A stretch of 64,000 nucleotides of DNA from Chrysomallon squamiferum. Lineage: Eukaryota; Animalia; Mollusca. Below, piece after piece: positions 14,740 through 27,085 of this stretch. The position numbers and the translations under genes were made by a program. Where the stretch lies: NCBI GenBank assembly GCA_012295275.1, contig CM022672.1:3100001-3164000 (forward strand), written 5' to 3'. Numbering within the stretch: the first letter of the stretch is position 1; each line of letters opens with the position of its first letter. Under the pieces are notes generated by a model. It ran no database searches and was not told where the DNA came from. It was given only the letters and a program-made list of their open reading frames with translations.

Positions 14740-15370
14740 TTGGTTATAATGAATGATTAAAATACAACTGAGTCAGATAATCGCTGACATGATGATGTTA
14801 GAATGATTCTCAAAACTGTACTTATCATGAATGTATTAAAATCCAGCTGGATGACAAAATGTATTAAAACTGAGTTACAGAGTGACAGTATGGTCACAGT
14901 CATAATGATAAAAATCATTTTCGAATCATTAGTTATAAGGAATATATTAAAATCCTGTTGGATAGCATAGTCATAGACATAATGGCAGAATGATTTTCAC
15001 ATCGTTGGTTATATTAAAACTGAGTTACAGTGACAGTATGGTCACACTCATTATGTTATAATCATTTTCAAATCATTAGTTATAAAGTCCTGCTGGATAA
15101 GATAATCACAGACATAATGTTAGGATGATTCTCAAATCATTACTTAAAAGTGAGTTACAGAGTGACAATGAGGTCAGACTCATAATGTTAAAATGATTTT
15201 CAAAACATTATTTAAAATGAATTATTGAATGATAGCTGAACTATTTTGAGAATGGTTCACAAAATGTTAATTATGCTGAATACTTTAAAATATCTGTGGC
15301 ACAAAAAGGTCATAAGTATAATTTTAAAATGGTTTTATGTCATTAATTATAATGAATGTCTTACAACTTG
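14740..15370. repeat. Degenerate tandem repeat with alternating subunits of about 60-80 bp
   Basis: Recurring ctgagttacag(ag)tgacagtatggtcac and tcctg(c/t)tggata heads, each followed by cataatg...atgattttc...atcatt. Confidence 0.85.
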
Positions 15371-18300
15371 AGTGGAACAATTTGCAGTGTTTTAAGAGGA
15401 CTAACTGGTTCTCAAAGTATAAGTTACTTTACTGTTTGGTCAGAGTGCTTCTTGAAATTCAAGCAAATTTCCAATTGTCCTTTAAAAGCTATTATTGTCA
15501 TTAAAAAAAATAAAAGTCTGCAGATTTGACCAAACTGATTTTGCACCATACTAAGCTGTCTCATTATCATGAAAGTATACATCACAGTAAAAACATTATT
15601 ATATAATGAAACCTATTGTTTTTGGTGTACATCTCTTGTGGAATGTTTCAATCTTTTCTGTGTCTTTCTTGTAAGGTATAACTAGCTAATAAGTGTGTTC
15701 ATGTGTGTGTGTGTGTGTGTGTGTCTGTGTGTGTTCACATATGTGTATATCCATCTATATATATATATATACATATCAAATATTTTAAAATACAAACATT
15801 ACAGCTTTAATTCTATTATTTTCAATACCCAAGACACCATGCTTGAACCTTTCTGTCTGTCTCTCCTAATAAATATATTCTTCAACGATCTCAAAAATGC
15901 AATTATTAAATTATTTCATGAACTGTGCACCTAGTAACCTACTGAGTACATTAAAGGAGAGAAGTGAGAAGAAAGGAGGGTAAAAGAATTTTTATAATTC
16001 AAATAACTGATCTGGGATTTCTAATTCTGTTCACAACATGTAAAGTCACCACCAGCAAAATCCCTGGTAATCCCAACAGACTGATTCCTGTCAGAGTCTC
16101 CAGTCACCCTGCATTGTCCTGTCTGCATTTCTACAGACAGACTGACAGACACGCAGACTGTATATTAAAAAATTTAAATATGTAATACTGAGAGCTATAT
16201 GGAATTAAATACTGTATGTCGTTTATATCTAAGAAAAAAAGAAAGGGTTAAAACTCTGATAAGAATAGAATGTCACAATTATTATTATTATTATTATTTT
16301 AATCTATTTAAAATGTTTTAAAATAACACACAACATTCTGTTTTAGAAATTATGGTAATAGCTAATTATCCTAAAATACAGTTTTGAACTGGGTGTAACT
16401 TAATAAACATTAGAAGTGTATTAAGCAAAACAATGTTAGAATCTCCATGTGTGTTAAAACTATTTAAAATTAACACAACCAAACTAATATGTAAAACTTT
16501 TAAACACATCTGATTAGAATTTTATACAATTCCTAAGAATGATATATAACTTCATTTAAGACAGAATAAAAACTGAAATAGAATATTGTTAAGAACTAAT
16601 ACAACTTAACATGGTATTTCACTAAATGAATTCTGTTCAGTTTAAAAGGAATTACAATGAAGAGTAACAAAAATCTGAAAACACTTTTATATAAAACTGA
16701 AATAATTTTCACAGTAAATATTAAACCAAATAAACATAAAATAAAATACCAAAATACTATCTGTTAAAACTATTAAATACAAGAGAAATAAAATATACTT
16801 GTTTAAATCTAATGTAACAGATCACTATTCTATTAAACCGGAATTAAAAACTGAAAGGATATCATTATGTATGTGAACTGCCCAACATATTTTAAATTCT
16901 GGGATATACATGTTACAACTTCACAGCAGTCAACACAACTAGGGTATTGATGGTTCAGCTTTTGATTTCCAACAACAAACTTTCTCTCTCACATTCACAC
17001 ACACACATATACATACATACTGACCACATATAAACAGTATTTATTATATTATATATATATATATACTTACAGCTAGAGAAAAAAAGAATCCAAAACATCC
17101 ATATTGGTACTCCAATGTTAGCCATCGTTTTTTTTCACAAAACTGCTACATACTTTTCTTGTCAAGAGCAATATCCAAAATGAGCACAACAATTTCAGAA
17201 AAACCAAAACCAGCAAAAAAAGGGAGAATTGAAGAAAGAAAAGAAAATCCACATTAGATTTCACACACACACGAAATTCTGTTACACGACGAGAGAGAGA
17301 GAGAGACTGAGTTTTTAAACTTTTACACACTAGGTCCACACAAGCTGTTCCCCACTACCAGAGTATCTATCCACCAGTTGATAGCTACTGGTGTTCCACT
17401 CCAGCGCCTACAGTTATAAGACCCTGGTCACATGGTCTGCTTGAAGGAAGTCAGCCATTCACATGGTAATAAGGGGACCTTTTGTCATGTTGGTCTAAAT
17501 GTCGTTGAGACTTTTTCACAAAAAATGACTGTGTTAGTGACTGTGTTAGTGACTGTCCTCATCCACACACCTGTTGAATAGATGGACTTTTCACCTTATA
17601 AACTTCTTCTTTTTTTTTTCCTGGTTTAAGAGACTGATTGACAGCATCCAAGTTAGTTAGCTTTAACTGGCAATGATGTGCAAGTTGGTAAGACTGGTTG
17701 AGAAGTGGTATATATGTTGATAATGTTTCTGATGATTACAAAACTGTTTCAACAATGATCATTATTTTGATCATTCTGATTTTGTTGCTGGTAAAAATTA
17801 CTGATTATTTCAACAGTTCTGAGTCAGACAATAATATGAGTTTTGTTGTTGTTGTTGTTGTTGTCCAGCTCTGTTTTCTTTTTATTTACTACCTTCCTTA
17901 TTTTATTTTTATTTAACTTATTACTTATTATTACTAAACACTGTTCAAAACAAAGTTTCAAAAATTTAAGTTTTCTTTTTTTTTTTTTTTAAATAAATAT
18001 TTCAAAAATATTTTTCAACATGTTTATTAAAAGTTTATTTCAGATGTTAAGTTTTTTTCTAAACAACATTTCATGAAATCCTTCTGTTGTAACTTTAAAT
18101 ATATCAGATTTAAAATTGATTAATTCTACAATTACTTGTTATAATTTCATTCTCAAATCACCTTTCTTTTTATTAACTAATTATTATTATTATTAGATAC
18201 TACACAAACTGGCTAAACAGACTCTGACTTCCAGTCTCAGTATTTTTCTTGCTGCCTCCAAGTTATTTTAATTACTGTTACACTTATGCTGAACATGTCC

Positions 18301-18409
18301 CAAATTGCAAAAACCTTATCACATACTCTTTAAGTACTGGCACAGTTCTGCAGCGCTATAATTCATAAAAAAGAACTCGTTCTTGTAACAAAAACTTTCT
18401 GACCTTGCG

Positions 18410-18455
<46 letters not shown>

Positions 18456-21400
18456 CTGGTCTTATTCACAAAAGAGTTCTTTCAGCACTTTTCCCAGCAG
18501 CTCAAGTTTCAGGAAAGCTTCCAAACACAAGCTCCATGGTCCAGAGTTAGTAAATGTATTTCTGGTCTTGTGTCACTGCATCAGTATTAACAGAAATTAA
18601 TTATTCCAGTATTAGTTTTTTTAAATCCTCTCAGTGGATAATGCAATAAAGATGAATATTTTGCCAGAAAATCTGAATAATTATTCTGTTTTTAAAAGTT
18701 ATGCTGAGAAAAATAAAAAAAATTAAGTTGTAAAAATATTTCAAAGTTTTGTTACCAATGTATAAAATGGTAAGATAGTCGAGTGTTTTTTTTTGCTAAT
18801 TTAAACAGAACATTTATTTTATCATGGTTTTATTGCAACCATTTTAATCATTTAACTACCAGTTTTTTTAAGTTTTAAGTTTTTTTTTACTTTATCAGTT
18901 TTTTCATCTTTTATCTTTTTATCTTTTTTAAAATAATAAACACATTTGTTTTAATGTTTAAATTAATAAAATATCTTAAATTCATTTATTTTATTTAAAC
19001 TGCATAACATTTCTTTCACATCTGTTTGTAAGTTTTTAAAAATAAATTTACTTTAGTTGTAATTTAAGTTAAATTTACAACTTATCTAAACAGTATATGT
19101 AACCAAAGACATGCAGTCATATATGACAACTAAACATACATCCAAATGATACAAGTTCATACGTAACTGAACGTAAGCATCATTTCCATAATTAATTACT
19201 CGTATATTAATCCTTGAAGGAAGCCAGCTCTGCTACACAATATCCATACATCACAATGGAATCATCTTGGTATTTATCATCCCAGTAACTTCTGACACTT
19301 GACAGATGACTGTGGCTACTGGTTATTCATTCACTGAGTACTGTTATAATATCGCAGCTTACACTGGGAATTATGAGATCTCAACAGAAAACTCCCTTGC
19401 AAAACTAACACAAAAACAATAAAAACAATCTTACATAATAAGCTGGCTTAATTAATTACAGCTCAGAGCTATCTGTGTCTTAAAAACAGCTTGTGACAGG
19501 ATTTTTAAATACATGAAGAAATCACTTTGTACTCTGTTATTATGAACACAATTACTCCAAGACAGGAAAAACCTCTCTCAAAAAAACGTGTTGCATAAGC
19601 TGATGTTGTTAATACTGTGACAACATCTACCTCAGAATAATCTAAAACACTTTAAAAATTAAATAATTAAGAAAAAAACCCACCTAAATATTAGATAGCA
19701 GTCAGCAAGGTCTTGTGACAACAATTCATATTTAAGAAAGAAAAATCACAAGCTGATGTTGTTGACAATTACAAAGAAGAATTGTGGTAGTTCAAAATAG
19801 TCAGAAATAAAATCCAGTAGAAGTCATCAAAGAATTGCAAACACGAGTACACAGCAGAGTTCAGAAAATCACTTTTGAAAGATCCTGTGTAGGTTGGCTT
19901 CGTTTAGAGTAAGATGTTAAAAACTGATGATGATTTCAAGCAGTCTGTGATTATGAACTCAGTTCATAAATGTATTAAAGTTAAGTGATTATTACATAAT
20001 AGTTAACTTTTCATTTAAATAATTTCCCTTTCCTTTCCTACTAAAAAAGCAAACAAACAAAAGCAATGCTTACTGACTAATCTTCTAAATTAATACCAAA
20101 CAAAATAGACTAGTTTTAGGTTTTATATAAAAAGTTCATGTCTTCCTTCTTTCACTTATTTCCTTTCTTTTTAATTATTTCTGTGTTCAAAAAGCTGCTT
20201 TTTTTTCACACTTTTGTCATTACACAAGCAAGAAAAAATAAGTTTTAGTTACATAAATTCTCCATATTAACACTGTATAGATATCCATAAAGTTTTTAAC
20301 ACCTTCTGTTATTAAAAATATGTTTAAAAAGATCCACTTTTGAATGATGTGCAGAACCATTTAAAACAATAATTACATATTACTGTTCAAAATAACACCA
20401 GACACAGAAAAAGAGAGAGAAAAAGAATGAAAAGTACTTTTTTTATTAATTTCCTTCAAGATGTTGTCCTCTTCTAAATACAAATATTTTGGTAATCTCT
20501 GTGTTAGCTGATGGATAATCTGGAGGAGCTGTTAAGTTATTTAATTCTTTTAATATCTTTTAATTTTAATTTGTTTTTATTATTATATATATATTTTTTA
20601 AGATATATAAATTTTTTAAGCTACTACTCAGTAATTAATCTGTTAGTATTCTTCTGACACCTGCTGATATCTTAAGTGTTTTTTTTTTTAATTTGTTTTT
20701 TATAAATAATTTCTTAATCTAATACTTCTTTCCCTTCCAGTTTACATGTCAAAATTTTCCATATTTAAATATATTTCCTTTCTGCTTCAGAATATGAGAA
20801 ATGTGGCATTTGAAAGAGAATAGGTTTTTTTTTTTTTTTTTCTTTTCTCAATGCTTATCATGTACTCAGATTTCTGGATCCTTCATATTAAACAATTTGT
20901 CTTTAAAATACGTGTCAAAAGAGAAAAACTGAGAACCATTTTTTAGGTTTTTTTTCAATTACTTTGTTGAAGATATGAATTTAAATGTAAAAGTCCAGTA
21001 TTTTATATAAATTTCTTCTTAAAAAATGATTTTATTGAAGTATGTAAAATCAGTTCCTTTCTTTTTTTAGGATAAGCTAAGTTTAAAACACAACTGGATA
21101 AGTCTTGAAGCAGAAATGTCACGTAGACCAAAACGACATTTTTAAATACAGCATTACAGAATGAGAAATCTTTTGTTCTTCCTCGATGAAGATTATTCTT
21201 ATAAAACTTTAAATCACCTTAGGATTTCCAATTTTTTATTTTTTTGTTTGTTACTGAAGCGTTTCTTTTGAAGTATAGGATCCAGTACGCTGGATCTGAT
21301 TCTTTTTATGTTGGTATCTCTTTCAAACCATGTTATCCAGAAAACTATCAGATGGCTCCTCTCTTGTTGAGTGTCTTTCATTCAGACGACTTGGTCCACC

Positions 21401-24400
21401 TTATTACAAGACTAATCCACAGAGAGCAAATGTCAGATCAGACAAAATATCCATTTCCTCAAAACACAACTAAGGTCAAAACTGAATATTCCCCTAACAA
21501 AACACATATTTCTTCATATCACTGAAAATGTCACAAGCAGAGATTACAATTTACCTACAGAAAATGCCAGCAGATTTTCTCTAAATGTCCATCTGTGTCC
21601 TTATCTACTGTCCTTTTATTTTCCTTTTTTTTTCCTTTTTGTTAGTGTTTATGAGACAGCTTCCTCCTGCCAGAGTAGACCAGCAGTTCCACCCAGTGCA
21701 TTGTCAGAGTGTTTGCTTTATTGAAAAACTATGCAGCCATTGGGAAGAAAACAAACAAATCATTGTTTGTCATCCGTCTTTCTGTGATGTTTTGGCGATG
21801 AATAACTCTCTCATTCTCTGTGTTTCCGCAGTCGTACAAACCACAGCAACTCTACGATTTTGTCTGTTTGAGCATTCCTTTACTCTGATTTAAACAAACA
21901 TCATTTTAAAGCCAAACCGGCCTTGAAAAACATGAAAAACAAACAATGCAAATCGTACATGCTTTTGAAAGCCTATATCTCCTTTTTGTGTCTTTTGAAA
22001 GTTCTTTTTGACTCTTCATAAGGAAAATAACAATATTAAAAAAAAAAAAAAGAAGAAAAATGCAAAACCGAAAACACTTCATGTATTAGTAAAAAATCTA
22101 AAAAACTAACACATTTCACACATATTTTATTTTAGTGTCATTTAAAAGTTCGTTTTAACTTTTCTCACAGAACGACAAAAACACCAAACAAAAAAACATG
22201 CAGCAGCCAAGTTAAGCTATTATTATGTCATTCATAAACAGTTTTGTAATAAAACATAACTCATGCAAAATTATCAATTAAAATGCCTAACTTCAAAAAA
22301 ACCCAAAAAACAATAGTAACTGTATACCAAGACAACTTGTTTCTTGTATTTTTTCTGAAATTCAGTGAGCACCTAATTATATTTCATTTATAAATAATTT
22401 GATAATAAAATAACCTGTAAAAAATTATAATTTAAAAAGAGACAAAATTCAGCCATCTTACTGCTGAAACTTATCCAAACAGATTTCTATTTTTTTTTTT
22501 TTTTTTTTTTGCTGGATTCTTTATTTATTATAATTTTATTTTTTAGTCTCTACATTATATCTATTTTAAATCAAGCCACAGCAGGTACGGCAAAGCAATC
22601 ATTTCTTCAAATGAAAAACTACTATTTTTAATTCAGCAGTCGAGCTTGAACTGCAGGCTGTGTGTGGGACTGCCAACATCCAGCATGACTTCATTACAAT
22701 GCATTTCAGATCTGCATCGATGTGCTCTTTGATCACATAGTAAGATATGAAAAGTGTCTGAGTCAATTAGCTCCACTTCTCCTCTACTGTTTTCAAATTA
22801 GCACGTGATCAATGCATGGGAAAATGATAATACAAATATCTGGTTAATATTTTGTGTGTGTGTGATGTATGCAAATGCTTAGACATACACATATACATTT
22901 ACATAATGACATACATATAAGTATCAGGTTTCCATACAGAGTGATACATATGTAACACAAGATTTTACAAAAATAAATATTTCTCTCCCTTTCTCACATG
23001 ACATCTATATACACACAATATCTCTCTCACATACACACATTCATCCATAATCTCTCTCTCTCTCACACACACACACATAAACCCATACACTCACGGTCTG
23101 ACTGTCCAGTATACAGCTACTGCATACAGTTCTCATTCACTAACATTATTACACCGGACGTGATTGTAAAATTTACACCAGCAAACATTTTACAGCTATT
23201 TTACGAGTTTACAAAGTCATCAAACCTGCGTGAACAGTAAGTTTTCATACCTGTTATTCTACCACTGCTTAATTGGTCATATATACATGTTGAAATGAAC
23301 TGTTCTTGTTAATCAAATACACATAAAACTTCCTACTCTTTGTTCCCACAGGACTGACCACCAGCAGTATTATATACTTAGCAGTAATGGCAAATAAATC
23401 CACTGGTATTACAGTTATTAGTAAATGGCCAATGAATTTTGTTTTTATGGCCATGTTTTAATTTGGGCCACTTTTGATGTCACACTAATTTGTTGACGGA
23501 GAAATGATTTATGTAGGTTTTCATTTGATTGAATTTGTTTCCGATTTCGTGAGAAGTTTTTAACACAGCTCTCTGGTTTTACCTGTTATATGTTTAATTA
23601 CAAAGCTCTGTTTCTGATAAACAACACAACTTGAATGAATCTGTACAGAAAAAATGCAGCTTGAATATTATAATGTCTGTCTGTTCCAGGTAGGAGAGGT
23701 CACTGGATCAAGTCTTCAGACTAGGTAATTTCCATATCATCCAGTGCTCCAATAATTATATCTTAGTTTAGTCCATTTTTCCTTTTTAATTTTTTAATTT
23801 TATTATTATTATTTTTATTTATTATTATTTTTTATTATTTGTTTTTAATTTGTTAGCAGAGATAAATAAAATTATTAAAATCATTTTCTGATAATATATA
23901 ATTAATACCTATTGGCATATATCAGATTTTAATAGAAAAATGATTAATTCACAAATTTTTGCCTAAATGTCATTAAACAATTTTCATTTAATCTTTTTAA
24001 AGTAAATAATAAGACACACATGCATTTATACAAAATGTACATTCTGAACACAAATAAAACAAAATATTTTCATACATTCGTAAGTTGTTATTAAAAATAA
24101 ACAAATAAATAGTTACACATTCATAATCCAAAAAAAAAAAAAAAAAAAAAAAAAATAAAAATAAAAAAAAAAAAATCATATGTACCAGCCAAGTTTATAT
24201 AAAATACATTTACCCTGTCAATCACAACAACCTTAGACATAAAACTATTTTCTAAAGGTTAAATATAAAGCAATTTTTTTTCAGACCAATGAAAAAAAAA
24301 ACAAAGGAAAAATATTCTTTTTAAGCAGAGATGCTGAATATGATAGAATACACATAAGAGCAATCGAAAACTACAGAAAACAATTTCAATTATTTCTTTA

Positions 24401-24696
24401 CAACATAAGAGCAATGAGAGAAATCAAAACTGTTTTCTTATCAAGCCAAGATGATGGACACAACACAATACACAGGTATGTACAGACGATTTCATGTGCT
24501 GCTAACTCTCTCTCAGCCATTGTGTGTGAAAAGAAGTGACCCAAGTTATACAAGTACATCGACATAGAAAATACAATTGTGGCACACAAGTTTTGAAAAG
24601 GTCACGTTCATTTTCCCAGGCCAATTAGTGCTCTGATTAGACATGTTATGAACAAGTATACAGGATAAACATCAGAATTCTAAACAGCGGGGAGCA

Positions 24697-24836
24697 GTGG
24701 TAGCCCAGCAGTTAGAGCAGTCGATTTCATGTTTTTTTACCTATATGATGATGACAGATGTAATGTTATAACTCTGATTACAGATCATACAGATAATAAG
24801 AAATGAAATCAACAGATCTGACCACTGGGCTACCAC
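24697..24836. mobile_element. Inverted pair of tRNA-derived SINE-head-like fragments
   Basis: Arms of 34 nt at 24697-24730 and 24803-24836, 28/34 identical. They contain an A-box-like TAGCCCAG(C/T)(A/G)GT. Confidence 0.5.
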
Positions 24837-26778
24837 CATATTAGTGGGATAATAGCATATACAGCTGGAGTAAGGTAACAGCATATGTAGGTAGTGAAAT
24901 AATGCCACAGAAAACTGTAGTAGGACTGTGCAATATGGAAGTGCAGTGATTAGAGCAGCTGTTTTTGTTTGTTATTTTCTCTGTAGTGTTTATTCAGTAG
25001 TGTAGCAACTTATACAGCTGATGTGGAATAATGGCATAAACTATTCTATCAGTCAGATCAGCTGGTTTCATTTCTTAATCATAGACACATGTCATTATAT
25101 AACTGTAGTGGATAGACCACCAGGCTTTCCTAATGTTGTATGTAACTGCACATTTCAAACTATTGTTACAAAATCATGATTGTTCAAAGTATATGCTCTT
25201 TACAACTTAATAAAAGCTTTATGCATTTGTTGTTACTTAATTGAAAAACTTGAAACAAAATTATAAACGAAATCTTAACAAAAGGAATCGTCTTTGATCT
25301 TTCTGAGTCACTTGACAACTTGCAATGTACCAAAATTATGAACAAAAAGCTAATAAAAGAAACTGGTTTTCTCGTCACCTTATACAACTGACTTTTAACT
25401 GGCTCTGTCAGAGAGAAAAAAAAAGGATCTCTGCATTTCAAATATTCAAATATTAACTAAAAACAGATGAAAGTTGTGAAAGGCAATATTCAGCTGTGTC
25501 TGTCTCTGCAGCAGGCCAACATCCTCCACCGCAGCAGACAAACATCCTCCACGCTGCAGATGTAGCAGCATGGTGTCAGAGTGGTAGCAGTGGCACACAG
25601 GCTGGCCCACATTCCATGGGAAATGTCACACTGTCAGTGCTCTTGTTGCCAATTACTCTCACAACTGTTTAGAAACTTAATACCAGACCTTATGCAAGAA
25701 CTCATAAGCAAAATGGCTGATATCTTGCGAAAAAGGAAAAGACTAAGATTATAAAAAAATTAAAAAATTAAAATTAAAATATTAAAAAAAAGAGAGAAAG
25801 ATAGAAGCAAACAGGCCTTATCATGGCTTATGTAAGAAAAAGTGAAAAGGCTTTTGGTGTTATGTGAAAGGAATTACAAAAAATAAAAATGAAAAATTAT
25901 GAACAAAGAAAATTGAAAAATTCAGATATTTATAATTTAAAAACAAAGTAAAAAAGACAGATTTTTGTATCATGTGCAAAAAATTCTGATAGATCATATA
26001 TATATATATATATATATATAAATGTACTGAGATATGTATGTTCTGTATATGTACAGATTCTATATATATTCTACATCTCTGTACAGATGTAAGTTCTATG
26101 AGGTTACTTTGTTCTTTTTTTCATAATTTCACAGTAGTAAATTAAATATCATTCACATAAGAACCTTGAAACGAATACACACCACACACAGAGATGTAAA
26201 AAAACAAAAACACAAAGTGAATTAGTATATACTGTTTCCTTAAGGTTAACACCAATTAAATAGTTCGGTTCACCCCACCAATATCTAAAATCTACTTCTG
26301 TGCACAAACCATGGAAGACATCCCTTCATGTATTCATGCACAAACTGCCAGCAGTGACAAAAGTGAAGACTATCAGTTTGAAATCTCACTCTGGGTGCAT
26401 TCTGATCAAACACAAGTACCACAAATAGTCGACAAAGAATAGCAGAGACTCCAGCAACAAATAACAACACACCTTTTATTTTTTTTTTTTTTTTTTTTTA
26501 TTTTTTTGTTATTATTAAAAAATTATTTTGTTCCCCCATGATGGATGATGAATTTAAAAAAAAAAAGGAAAAGAAATGACAAAAAAACTTAAAGAAAGAT
26601 CTGAGTGTTAGATTACTGAACTCCAGGCAGGTTTGTGGTTTTCTAACAATGATGACGATTTATGTAAAGTTGTGCATGATGAATCTGAAGATAAAACATA
26701 TTCTGGCTGAGTTATTATCCTTGTATGTAACATGACATTAAATTTATTGAAAACTGAGAATAGCATTGAAAAGGTATG

Positions 26779-26812
<34 letters not shown>

Positions 26813-27042
26813 TATACAAAACTAACCTGCATATAAACTCTACCAACCTACCAACCTATAAATCCACCCATACCCATAACCACACAGTCACTCACTTATT
26901 TACATACATACATAATAACATTGAACCATATTCAATAACACATACATCTGAAAACAATACACAATCACAGACACATTTACACATAAACACAAATATTCAT
27001 AGACATATATACTGATTCTCAGTGCCACCATATATATATATA

Positions 27043-27085
<43 letters not shown>

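Noticed and set aside
12045-15370. Repeat arrays superficially resembling CRISPR repeat-spacer structure
   Set aside because: The units are degenerate along their whole length, there are no unique spacers or cas genes, and the context is a eukaryotic intron.
21549-21570. Weaker sense-strand AG|GT composites (ttttctgtag|gtaaat here; also near 7481, 12189 and 22411)
   Set aside because: Each has either a short pyrimidine tract or a poor donor, and one lies inside a tandem repeat.
24690-24760. Possible tRNA gene
   Set aside because: Only an A-box-like 5' part is present, with no B-box or cloverleaf.
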